DNA of 64,000 nt from Octopus bimaculoides (lineage: Eukaryota): the NCBI RefSeq assembly GCF_001194135.2, contig NC_068992.1, positions 67,210,419 to 67,274,418 of the forward strand. Direction: 5' to 3'. The notes beneath the pieces were generated by a model. It ran no database searches. It saw only the letters and a list, made by a program, of their open reading frames with translations, and had not been told where the DNA came from. The translations under genes and the position numbers were made by a program. This document shows positions 25,991 to 38,330 of the stretch, in pieces (the stretch's first letter is position 1; every line of letters begins with the position of its first letter).

Positions 25991-26188
25991 GTGAATCCAG
26001 GTAATAAAAAGTCACAGGTAAAAAAGTTCAGAGGCAAAAAGGTCGCGGAAAAAAGTCACAAGAAAAAACGTCACAGGGGTTTTGATGGGAATGGGGGTTG
26101 CTCGAGGGGTTTTGTCTTAGGGCATTTTTGTCCGGATCCCATAAGTTAATTGCGACTTCTTTTTTCCTGTGAATTTATTACCAGTCAC
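25991..26188. mobile_element. Foldback-like MITE with ~15-bp subterminal repeat units
   Basis: The left arm gtga..ggtaataaaaagtcacaggtaaaaaag plus four more gg(t)aaaaaagtcaca-like units is inverted relative to the right arm gacttcttttttcctgtgaatttattaccagtcac. No clean TSD seen. Confidence 0.6.
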
Positions 26189-26790
26189 AATAACGATCTC
26201 CCCACTGCATTAAATACGAATGGATAGAATCTTGCAAATTTGTTTCCTTCATATTTATTAGGGTTGGGCATCTATTAATGGTGTTAAAATAATCTAGATT
26301 TCTTGCTCCATAGCGTCATAGGAACATCTGTCAGCGCAAGATGTTCCTGCAGAAAAAAAAAACACTAATCAAGTTGAATTTCATTTATAATTGCTGCCAA
26401 GGAATGGAACAGAATCTAATTTTTTCTACAACATTAAATGGCAGCGACAATAGTACAGCGACATTCTTTGTATCTCTAAATGTCTACACTCTTTCTTGTT
26501 TAGTAATATATAGTGCATCAAAATAAATCTTTAGTGACGAAGCAATTTATCTTAAATGGTTTGGACGTACTTCAATAGTTAAGATAACATGAATGAACAA
26601 ATAAGTTTGAATATAGAATATTTCCAGAATAAACGAGTATATGTCTGCCAGATAGATTAATGATTGTAGCTAATTTTACTGAATTGAAAACGTTTGAAAA
26701 ATAAATAACATGAATTATAGGAAATCAGGAACGCCATTAATCTTTAGGTTGTCATTCATTCATTCGCTCACAATTATGAAACTAACTTCA

Positions 26791-26850
<60 letters not shown>

Positions 26851-29800
26851 ATCTTTCTNNNNNNNNNNCTATCTATCTATCTATCTATCTATCCATCTAC
26901 ATTTTCATCTACGAAAGCAGACATACATACAACTATATACATACGTGTGTGTATGTACACATACAAATGCCCATGTGAATGAAATCATACATATTCCTAT
27001 GCACACATACATGTGTATCAAATGAGGTTTAGTGATTGATCTCCACATAAAATTCACTTTGAAACAGAGATAATCAAGTCAATATAGATTTTCCAATCTG
27101 TAATGAACGTTGACGATAGGCAAGAACAAAGATACAATTTATTGGATGTTCATTAGTAAAAGTGCAAACAAAGAACTGAACAAGTGAGAAGTACAAAGAA
27201 GAACAATCAACAACAGATTAATATAGTAACATGCAACCAGTTGAAAACTCGCCGAATCATATCTCGTCGCCGAGACTGCTTTCTAACAGCATCCAATAAA
27301 CTTACATTTCAATGTTGTGTATATATTTAATATGAGAGAAGTAGAAAAGAGTGGTATACTTCATTATTTTAATCAGTGTTAGGCAGAGGAATTAAAGAAT
27401 GCCGTGTTCAAAACTCGTGGAAGAGGTTTCGAATTAACTTTAAAGAAATAGGTGATGCCTTCCTACTTCGCCGGTATTCAAGAAATAACGGTGTGATGAA
27501 GCCACGCTATTTTCACTAAAGAGTTGGGTATGATTGAGGTATATAAGGTTGCTCTTTCTAGCGGATCGTGTGATCATATACAGCTGTGAGCATGGGTAGC
27601 TTTTTCGAGACCGGATCACAAAAGAATTCAAATGCATTTTTCGTTAGACGTACCATTCAGTAATTCCCGCAGGCCGCAGTATACCATTGGATAATGTAAT
27701 ACGGTTTATAATTTGAAGTGAGGTGGTCATGGTTGAAACGGCTTTGTTCATGAGTGTTATCGAATCCAATTTAAGCAGCAGAAAATATACTCTTCCTCCA
27801 CCTCCACCTCTACCTCCACTGTATCTCTTCCACTTTACCTCCTCCTCCTCCTCCTCCTCATCATCATGGGGCAACCTTCAAACACTAGTCAGAATCAAGA
27901 CAGCTGCGACATAAGCCTCGTCTCACTATTTGAAGTTTTTGAAAATTAGTGTAAACTGTTAAACCGGTTTAAGCTTTAAATATAATAATAAAAAATATTT
28001 TAACTTTTCTCAATACATTTTNNNNNNNNNNNNNNNNNNNNNNNNNNNNNNNNNNNNNNNNNNNNNNNNNNNNNNNNNNNNNNNNNNNNNNNNNNNNNNN
28101 NNNNNNNNNNNNNNNNNNNNNNNNNNNNNNNNNNNNNNNNNNNNNNNNNNNNNNNNNNNNNNNNNNNNNNNNNNNNNNNNNNNNNNNNNNNNNNNNNNNN
28201 NNNNNNNNNNNNNNNNNNNNNNNNNNNNNNNNNNNNNNNNNNNNNNNNNNNNNNNNNNNNNNNNNNNNNNNNNNNNNNNNNNNNNNNNNNNNNNNNNNNN
28301 NNNNNNNNNNNNNNNNNNNNNNNNNNNNNNNNNNNNNNNNNNNNNNNNNNNNNNNNNNNNNNNNNNNNNNNNNNNNNNNNNNNNNNNNNNNNNNNNNNNN
28401 NNNNNNNNNNNNNNNNNNNNNNNNNNNNNNNNNNNNNNNNNNNNNNNNNNNNNNNNNNNNNNNNNNNNNNNNNNNNNNNNNNNNNNNNNNNNNNNNNNNA
28501 TATATACGTATATATATATACGTATATATATATACGTATATGAAGGGTTAACCACTAAGTGGACGTCCATTATGCTAGAAATAGACCATCTACGATCAAG
28601 CCACAAAAGAAAAGAATGTTCTCCAGAAAAAAAACTTAGCACACACCAGAACATAAGCGGGCAAGACAAATGAAAATACACAAACACATACACATATACA
28701 CGCACAAGCACATAAATATTTAACAAAATATAAACTCTTACAGACATCTTGGTGGACTGTAACCTATAAAAATAAGTCGTTGGCAGCCCTGGCATTCAAA
28801 TAAGCGGTACATGTGATACGACGGCAATCTTGTCAACAATTGAAAAATAAACTGAAGCAGATAAGTCTACAATATCCTGTCAGTGCACGAATGGGAGAAT
28901 CAGGGAATACTTGAAAAGACGTTAACATTTTGTAGAAAATTCCGTTTCTATCGCCTGAAACATGTATTAAAGTAATTAATCTTTGAGAAATATCCAGCAT
29001 AATTGTCAGGAAATATCGTCGCTGAGTGGAAGGAACAAAGCGATTGTTTGTTTGAAGTGTCAGAGTTAGTATTGAAGTATGGAAATAATTGATCGTTAAC
29101 AAAATGAAAAAGTAACAACACAGCAAAACAGATGGCGCTGTCGGTTTTTCATCATCAGCCTATGAAAGGGGATGTAGAATAGCAACAGCCAATTGAAGAT
29201 ACACTTTTAACTGCTACGGCGATAGTGATTGCCGGTTTGAAGTTACTCTTCAACACTTTATTCTTATGGATGATATAAGATATAAGATATTTTTCCATTG
29301 ATACATTTGCCCTTTAGGTGTTATTAATTCTTCAAAGAAGACATATAAGAGTCAATATGTTGCAGAAGAATAACACACAAAAAAAAAAAAGAAATTCAAC
29401 TACTTTCCCACTCTCTTCGACCTAAAAATATCTGTAAACATATAAAGCTTGAATTTTATGTTATTTCTGTGAATGATGTCATTGTAACGGTTCATTCTCA
29501 CACTGGACAACATAGTCCTCCAGTATACAATAAACATTGTACTAAAAATCAAATCAGAGTAAAAAGATTACATAGAAATAACACAGAATAAATATCGTGC
29601 TGAAAATGCGATTAATAGGTCTTCATTAAGTAGATATATTTTGATAATAATTTGCATTAATTAGTGCTTGTATATCTTTCTGAAATCAAGCAATATGACA
29701 ATTTGTTGTGTAGTAAGAATTTAAGAAGGTAGGATCATAATGTTTGTCTTTCTCCTTAAACGAGTGACTATAACTATTATGCAGTCCATCGTATCTGTTT

Positions 29801-30167
29801 ACTTCACTTTTAAATGACAGAATAATCAGTGGTTATAAACAGAGGATAGTAAATGATATACTGGAACGAAAGCAACAGAATCGTAGATTCTACTCGTTGT
29901 AAAATTAATTGCTTACTTACTGCGATACACTAACGTGATTCCAAATGAGGAGCCACCAGACACAACAGTATTATGTAGAACAAAATAAAGTGTCAAAGCG
30001 AATTAAAAAAGTCAAATAATGAACATGGGCGTTTCAATGGGCGACTGATTAGTGTGTAATTACTCTTGTATTCTATGAGGTTCCACACTATCTTTATTCA
30101 CTGCTTCTTGACTTTGATATACGTCTAAATTTTAAAGACGCATTGGCGCACACACACACACACGCAC

Positions 30168-30244
<77 letters not shown>

Positions 30245-30867
30245 CTCATCCTCAAATACTGACGCGCTTGTCTGGCAAAAGTGCTGAAGACATCAATTAG
30301 AGGTCCCTATTCATAAAGATGCGGGGGTATTGAACTAAAGTTCAGTATCAAATGGAACACGTGAAACTTTTAATACTTTTTCGAGTGTATATGCCGTTTC
30401 TCTCTTGAGAAAGATTCGTTGTTATGAATATAACCAAATGAGTTGAAAATTCAAAGCGAGAAGAGTAGCAAAAGTACATAACGATTCCCATGATTAATGT
30501 AGACTAAATATTTCTGAATAAATATAAGTCATCTTGATGTCTATTAGGCGAGATGACCATGTGAATATATCTACGGTAAGCGAGTTCTTCCAAGGTTAAT
30601 CATTAGTGGGGAAAAACTAATGTGGAACTGTCAACAGCGATCGATTTATAAAATTAATATCGGTGTGTGACAGAATACTCGACTATACCAAAGCAACAAC
30701 GTACATACATGTACCTACTTACCTACCTACCTACCTACCTACCGACCGACCGACCGACCGACCGACCGACCGACCGACCGACCGACCGACTTACCTACAA
30801 ACAAACATACATTGGGATAATGAAAAGTAAACCTAGATACAAACAAACATACGTACTTTTCTATCTG

Positions 30868-30929
<62 letters not shown>

Positions 30930-30944
30930 AAACGAATAATTTGG

Positions 30945-31840
30945 AGCCACCCGAGAGGCCCGAGTGGCGGAAGTGTAACGAGGCAACAGAACACTCCATT
31001 ATGTCACTTACAGATGAACAGAAGTGCGAATTACTCGAACCTGAATAGATCTGTGAGGCCTTTCATCAACACTTTGCCCGACTATTCGGGACAACTGGTG
31101 GGTCAGAACGCAGAGTGGACTTTAGTGCCTACGTGCATGGCCCGCCACGACTCTCAGCAAGAGAGACGAAATGTTGTGAAAGATCCATCACAGCCGCGGA
31201 TGTACGGGATGCGATGGCAGGCTGCACGAGAGACAAGTCACCAGGCTTGAATGGTCTTCCCTACGAACTTTATTGTCATATATCAACTTGTTTGGTAGCG
31301 TCTTCGCAGCTGTGTACTACAACTGGCAGCAAAACGAGAGTATCCCCGTCTCTGTAAAGCGAGGAGCAGTGGTACTGCTAAAGAAAGATCCTAACAAGGG
31401 GAACGTCATAGATAACTTCAGTCCCATCACTCTGCTCAACGCAGATTTGAAAATTTTGGCCATGGTGTTAGGACGAAGGGTTAGCGCTTTTCCTCGAGAA
31501 ACTAGTCGACAAGGCGCAAACGTGCGCCGTGCCGGGTAGGAGTATCGATGACAATCTCCATCTGATGGGCTACATCATAGAGAAAGTAGTCAAGGATGGG
31601 TGGGGCGCTGATCAATTTGGATCAATCAAAAGCTTTCGATAGGGTAGACCATCACTACTTGGAGGCTGTCCTTAAAGCGACTGGTTTCAGTCCCATCTTC
31701 CGCGGTTGGATCATTGCTTTATACAGCGGCGTCCGCTCGGTAGTTCACGTAAATGGTCATCTATCCAGACCATATAACATCATGTGTTTGATTCGTCAAG
31801 GATGCCTCCTCTCGTCGTTTCTGTATGTATTGACGCCTGA
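30945..31840 (+). mobile_element. L1/Tx1-clade LINE ORF2 fragment (linker plus N-terminal RT domains), frameshifted
   Basis: ICEAFHQHFARLF..ITAADVRDAMAGCTRDKSPGLNGLPYELY; IPVSVKRGAVVLLKKDPNKGNVIDNFSPITLLNADLKILA; QTCAVPGRSIDDNLHL; LINLDQSKAFDRVDHHYL; IRQGCLLSSFLYVL. These are the KSPG.DG, RPITLLN.D.KI, DQ.KAFDRV and RQGCPLS motifs of L1/Tx1 RTs. Confidence 0.93.
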
Positions 31841-32821
31841 GAAAGAGATAGATAAATAGAGAGAGGGAAGACTTACAGGTGTCATACCAAACTTCTATTC
31901 CCTTCTCATATGGAGTTAATCGCAAATACCGCAATATGCTTTCAATACCCAGTAATTTATGTTGACTGCTATTTCATACGACCTTTTTTCTCTTTATTTG
32001 TTTGTATCTGTGATACTGGTCGCGTTGAGCAATTGTCCTTAAATCCTTTTCGTTAAGCAAGTTACTCTATTTAACCATATCTGTTTTATCTCAACTGTTG
32101 GATTCAAAGCAAGGCAACTGCTGGGTTAATTATGTCTATTCAGACAAGAACACCTCCTCTAAGCTGTTCTCAAACAATCAGAAAGTCTTTTCATGAACAG
32201 CATGTCAATTTTAGACCATTTTTGATTCTTTGCAAATTGGAGTCGATCGCAGCTGCCAGCAGGCATTTGTTATTTTTCTCTCGAAGAGAAAGAATTTCGA
32301 TAAGTGTGCAATTTGTTTTGTATGCCATTTTATATACTGCAATTCATTTCGATGCACGCATGCAGACATATATAACTTACATAACATATAAGCTTATAAG
32401 AAAAAAAGGTGTTATGCAGAATTCTATAATACGCTCAAATATTGACAGGTAGTTTAGAATCCTGTGTACGACTATAATATAAGCCTTTGAGTCGGCTTCA
32501 CTCTTTTACGTAACCCTGTGCATATTTCATTGCACTTTTTTCAGGTGAATCACGGGTTTTATTCAATTAACTTAACGAGCTATTAAATGTTAGTTGAGAT
32601 TATTGTTGCTTTTGTTTTCTTTTCAAAAATAGTTTCTACAAAATACATCAAATGAGACTTGTAACTTTGAAATCTATTTTAATTATCGATATGAACTCAC
32701 AAACAAAAATCATTAACACTAATTTAATAATTATAATTAATAGTTATTGAAAGCATACCAGCTTAGCTTGTATTATATGAGAAATAAGAATGCGTATGCG
32801 AGTAAATATGTGTGCTTCTAC

Positions 32822-32885
<64 letters not shown>

Positions 32886-33694
32886 AAACATACACACATA
32901 TATATGCTATACACAAACACACACACACAAACACATATATGTATGTATATATTTTGGTAGGACTTTATATGTATAATCCCTTATTATATGCTTACAGAAA
33001 TCTATATAAATTGAAGTACTAAACGTTACGCTAGCTATACATTTACAAAACACCATTTTATTGCTGGCACAATAAAATAAGCAAGAAATATTATACACCA
33101 ATAAAAAATAAATGTATACTTAAGAATATATTATTTGCAATACAAAACTTCGTAAAGGTTCACGTTCATACACCATACGCTGCTGATGAGAAAACTTGTG
33201 CATTTCACGTAATGACATTATCAAATTATAAGCAGAATAATTTCGTTCTTTTAGTTTTCTTTCCTTCATCTTATTTTCCAAAAGCCATTTAAATCGAATC
33301 TCTAGCACTAGATGAAGTTCGACACAAACGGCTGTATGTTTCTAATTCTTGCTAACAGCATTGAAGCAACTTTCTACATATATGTGAGCAGTTGGAACCT
33401 GAATGACAGTTGCATTAGACAAATTTGATTTTCTTCCTACAAATTCTGAAACTACTTGCTGTTGCTAAGTAATGTGGTATCTTACTGGCGCTAAAATACA
33501 CTCTGAGAGCTGTCTTTCAAGAAATACGGAAATCTACCTCTATTCTTTGTATTCTTGGAGGTCATAGTGCGTTTGGTACTTGCAAATCAAGGTTTTATTC
33601 TCTTCACATTCGAAAGAGGTTAAACATTTTATAAGTAAATTACGCTTCCTAGAATCAATCGATCAAACAAGTAATTAATCTATCAATCAACCAG

Positions 33695-33725
<31 letters not shown>

Positions 33726-35574
33726 GTCTATCTATCTATCTGTGTCTTTTTCTACATGCTTGTAAGTGCATTTGTGCTTGTGATAGCGCGTGCGTATACG
33801 TATGCATGTGTGTGTGTATCGCTATACATTACCCATACCGGTATATAGGCTGTCCTAAGGCAAAATGTTGAACAAATAGTAAACAAAATATGTTTTCATC
33901 ATACCAAAAACAGAAGACGACTATTTGAACAATAGATTGAATCAATGGCTAACATATTACCCTATTCTAATAAAACGGATGCTTTTTGATCGTGTTTTTG
34001 TTTTCTTAAATTATTATGATAGACAAATATGGATCGATGCCCTGGTTCTTGACATTATATTTCAAGTGAAAGCAAGATGTATTTGATTCGAACACTGGAG
34101 CGTGCATGTATATGTCCATCTAACGGTAAATGTATTCCCCTCCTGCCATTAATGAAATTCTTATCAATGAAGCATGGTACAAACTTAGAACAAAGAGTAT
34201 CCAGTAATCAAATGAAAGTGTTACAACAATGTGTACAAGGTAGCTAACCTGTAACTGTACGAAACAATTACTCATCGGACTTCTGCATCTTGATATAGGC
34301 GCAAGCACACGAGTAAGGCTAAAAGGTAGCATGATATCCTAGAAAGAACAGCTGAACTCATCTCCATGAAGGCTTTACGGTCTTAGAAAGATAGAACACA
34401 TTGAGCAATACTGTTCTGTGTGCATTGAGTTGAATAAAGTTGGTTTGTTAGGATTGAAAAAACGTTCAGTATTGAACTTCCCTAATACGGTTGTGAAGAG
34501 AAATGTTGCGGCATGGCCGTGAAAAATATCACGGCAAACGATACTCATAAAATTGAGCTCCAAGAAATGGTTGGCGATGATGCTTCTAGTGCTCTTTAAA
34601 AAACGTGACACAAAAAAAATGAAATACATTTTTCAAGTATTTAGGTTTTATTTAGAGAAACATGAAGAAAAGATGGAAACTCACGAGAATTCAGAGATGT
34701 CTTTGCCGAGAATATTTCCATAACTCTGTTCTAGTTGTTGTTTAACCGAAGTTTAATTGCACAGACTTACGATGAAAATTGTTCTCTTTTCATATTTTAA
34801 TTTCTTTCCATTGATTTTTCGGAAATTTCATTGGAGAAACTGAGAGTAGCGAGGAGAGAAACGGAGGAGAAAGCGGGCACAACAGATTTAGCAATCAGAA
34901 CAGTAGTTGTCTGCAAATAGCAATTTCCTGGCTGCTGACCATGATCGAAAAACTTATTCATTGCTCTGAGCTAAAAGCTTGGTGTTAGAGAGAAAGGAAA
35001 CGGCGCTCTTTGTCTGTCAGTCTGTCTCTCTTTGCATCTATCTCCGTCTCTCTTTGTGTCTCTGGTTGTCTGTCCGTCTCTCTCTCCCCCTCTCTCTCTC
35101 TCCCTCTCTCTCCCTCTCTCTCNNNNNNNNNNNNNNNNNNNNNNNCTCTTTGCATCTATCTCCGTCTCTCTTTGTGTCTCTGGTTGTCTGTCCGTCTCTC
35201 TCTCCCCCTCTCTCTCTCTCCCTCTCTCTCCCTCTCCCTTTCCCTCTCTCCCCTCCCCTCTCCCTCTCTCCCTCTCTCTCCCTCTGTCTCAATAGCCATG
35301 CAATGCTGAGAAGGGAAGAATGGTCGAAAGAGTACCGAAGAATAAATTATAAAGTTAATAAAATGAGAATTAGCAGTTTTTGTCAACCCTTGTGGCTAAG
35401 CAAGCAGAATTAGTAGCGTGTCGGAGTAAATGCTGAGAGGCAGTTCATCTATCTTTATGATCTGAGTTCAAAATTCGTTGAAATCAACTTAGCATCATTT
35501 CTGGGTGAATGAAGAAGTACCAGTCCGACTCTCCCCTCCACTCCAAATTCACTGGGATTGTCCCTAAGTTAAAA

Positions 35575-36866
35575 TATTACGTTGTTCCCAAAATAATGGC
35601 CGATTTCAGGAACATAATTTTATTCTGGAAAAAAATATCAATAGAAATGTTTTGATTAGTCAAAATATGAGCAGTGAACATTTATGTATCTCTGCCGTCG
35701 ATCAACGACATTATTTAGGCCTCGTCTATAAAAACTTATTGGCTAAGAAATGCTAAGAAATCTTTCAAAGCTGATTCCAACTCTGGTTTGGACCCTGAAA
35801 GTTTTATCACCTAAACACGTGTTTAAATGCTTAAAAAATGGTAGTCAGTGGGTGAAAGGTGAGGAGACAATGGAGGACGTGGTGAAGTCTCGTATCCCAG
35901 GACTTAGTTTCTGCAGCGTGATTCTTGCAACATGGCTTTGCATTATCGTGGAGCAGAATTGGTCCACGCCGATTCACCAATGCAGGTCTCGTTTTTGGCA
36001 AGTGAGCATGCATTTCAGCGAGTTGATTCCAGTAAACCCATGCTGCAATGCTCTAATTGGCTTCCAAAAAGCTGTAATGCACAACACCAATTGCAGACCA
36101 CCAGACAGTCATCACAATTTTTTGATGATGCAACTTTGGCTTTGGGAAATGTTTGGGGGACTCATAACGATCAAGCCATCGACCTGATCGTTTACGGTTA
36201 CCATAAAGGATCTACTTTTCGTCACAAGTGACTATTCGGTCAAGAAAATGATTATTGGTGTTTCGCAGAAAGAGCATCGAGCCCACTTCAAAACGCCGAA
36301 ATTTTTGATTTTCATTGAGCATATGCGCTACTCATTGATCGAACTTTTTCACCTTACCAATCTTCTGCAGATTGCGTCAGACCGTTGCAGTACCGACACC
36401 AAGTGCCTGATACATTTCTCTGACACTTTGACGTGGGTTTTATTCGACAATTGCTTTCAATTGTTCATTGTGAAGACTGCATGACCATCCCCTAGCTTCT
36501 TCATCTTCAAGGCTCTCATAACCACTACGGAATTTCTGAAACAGCCTTCATACTGTGTGATCACTTGTGGATCCTTTGTGGATCCCCATGCTCTTTTGAT
36601 ATTGGCAGCAGTTTGGGAGGCATTGCGCCCAAGTTTGAACTCATGCACGAAAAGTAAGCGAAGGTCGATTTTTGGCATATTCATAATTAAAGGCGCCTAT
36701 GCTTCAAGAATGTTTTCTATCTGAAAAAAGTAGAACATTATTAAAGAGCGTACATCAATTATTAAGTGCGTCGAAATTCACCTAAAATATAATTAAAATA
36801 CTATGATAAAATTGCCGTTCGAAACACAACATTAGGAGCGGCTATTAATTTCGGAGCAACCCAATA
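35575..36866 (-). mobile_element. Full-length (1292 bp) mariner transposon, cecropia-like, inactive
   Basis: 28-bp imperfect TIRs: tattacgttgttcccaaaataatggccg (35575-35602) vs the reverse complement of 36839-36866, tattgggttgctccgaaattaatagccg; 22/28 match, TA at both ends. Encloses a complete transposase pseudogene. Confidence 0.95.
35656..36684 (-). pseudogene. Mariner DD34D transposase pseudogene
   Basis: MNMPKIDLRLLFVHEFKLGRNASQTAANI..FQKFRSGYESLEDEE..IGKVKKFDQ*VAHML..FLDRIVTCDEK*ILY..KIVMTVWWSAIG..ALVNRRGPILLHDNAKP..(SP)TDYHFFKHL..SYFD*; several premature stops and at least two frameshifts. Confidence 0.93.
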
Positions 36867-36891
36867 ATTATAATTATTATTGGTTTTAATA

Positions 36892-37048
36892 CGGCGAGTC
36901 GGCAGAATGTTTAACGGGATTTCTGCCGACTCATTACGTTTTGAGTTCAAACGCTGCCGTGGTCGACTTTGTCTTTCCTCTGTTGTAGTCGATGAAATAA
37001 ATACATACCTCAAAATTTGAGGCCTTGTGCCTACGGTAGAAAAGACTA
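36892..37048 (+). mobile_element. SINE family A copy, decayed, head rearranged into a hairpin
   Basis: ggcgagtcggcagaat..ttacgttttgagttcaaacgctgccgtggtcgactttgtctttc..gaggccttgtgcctacggtagaaaaga. Confidence 0.75.
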
Positions 37049-37169
37049 CAATTATGGTTGTTGCTCACGACTACATGTTACGTGGGGTTTTTTTTTATCG
37101 TTGTGAGTTCCGATGAAAAATATCCTGTTTATTGCTTAAGGTTTCGTTACTTTTTATATATTGTTTACA

Positions 37170-37371
37170 AATTTTTCCATAAGGCCAGTCTTTTCGAGGA
37201 AAGGTTTAAGTCGATTACATCAACCTCAGGGAACAGGTGGTACTTATTTTATCGACCGCCGAAATGTAAAGTCAACCTCGGCAGAATTTAAACGCACAAT
37301 GTAAAGACGGACGAAATACCGCTAAGAATTTTACCCATCGTGCTAACGGTTCGGCCAGTTCGCCGACCGCC
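37170..37371 (-). mobile_element. SINE family A copy
   Basis: aagtcgattacatcaacctcagg..tacttattttatcgacc..aaagtcaacctcggcagaatttaaacgc..gacggacgaaataccgctaag..gtgctaacggttcggccagttcgccg is the reverse of the family A consensus. Confidence 0.85.
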
Positions 37372-37859
37372 TTCTTACTTTCGTATATTATTTTTTACTT
37401 TGTTGATGAATTGACATCAAGTGTGAATGTAAGTCAATTTAATGTTCTCTCTTAAAATGAATGAAATTCTTTGCTTGATGCCTTTACTTCTGTTTTGGAA
37501 AGTTGAAAACTGAAATAAGCGTCGCCCATCATGCTAGTAAGTAACACAGATGTTAGAAAAGAGAGAGGGAAGCTGTAATAGCATAATTACAGTTACCGAC
37601 ACTATTGCCTTCTCCAGCAGAACATCATTACGACTACCTCCTATGCCTGATACAGTTGACAGTAATAGTTGTGATCGACACAATGAATAGTCCCAGCATC
37701 AGTCATACTAAAATGTTCCCAGCAGGAGTGTCATGTGGAGTTCAAACTACTTCTGTCCTGACGTAGATCAATATCAGCAGCAACTAAAGTTTCCATCAAC
37801 TTCGGTAACGATGATGGAGTGGTTGGTGGTTCTTAATAAAAGTTGAGTCAATAAACTTT

Positions 37860-38330
37860 AGGAATTATGAAACGAAGACGTTTGAAGGAAGAAATATTTA
37901 AAAGATTAGGAGATGCTGTTGGGGAAGGTGTTGTAGCGAGAAAGCAGCATCGAAAATAGCGCTTGATAATTTATTCAAAGCGGATTATGGAGTTTTTGCT
38001 TTTGCTTTAATACTTGAAAAGCCGTGTAGCTTTGTGGACTCTCCGAAACTTGTAGGATCAATGCCACTGTTGGTGATAATGGTGGGGGTTTTGACAGTTC
38101 CAAATTGATTACAGGATGCAAAACAGAAGTAGAGATAGAATTCTACAGAAGGGACTGTATGAAGAGGAATGACTGGATTTGTTAATGCGTGATGGTCATG
38201 TATTAGTAACCATATAGTGGGTGATGGGAGGGTGCTAGTGAAAGATAGTAGGGTAGGTGTGAATAGAGGTGGAAGGAGACCAATCAGAATCAAGGACACA
38301 GATGCCCCTGCAATAGTAAGGCCTAGAGAT
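37860..38330 (-). mobile_element. Highly decayed retroelement, possibly Penelope-like RT C-terminal region
   Basis: Scattered minus-strand peptides in different frames (TIAGASVSL, STSIHTYPT, SYSPFCR, SSFKR) occur in the order expected for the PLE RT thumb region (TTSIHYKPT..IPYSQF.R..PSFKR). Weak and not alignable by eye with certainty. Confidence 0.3.

Noticed and set aside
27644-27914. Poly-Glu/Gly and poly-Pro/Ser ORFs on opposite strands
   Set aside because: These are translations of (CCT)n and (CCTCCA)n simple repeats, with no supporting exon structure.
34330-34620. Possible RTE LINE C-terminal remnant (DILERTAELISMKAL..)
   Set aside because: The similarity is too faint and spread over frames with many stops to support as a feature without an alignment.
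35028-35240. About 95-bp direct duplication either side of a 23-N gap
   Set aside because: Identical sequence flanking a tiny gap is the signature of unmerged overlapping contig ends.
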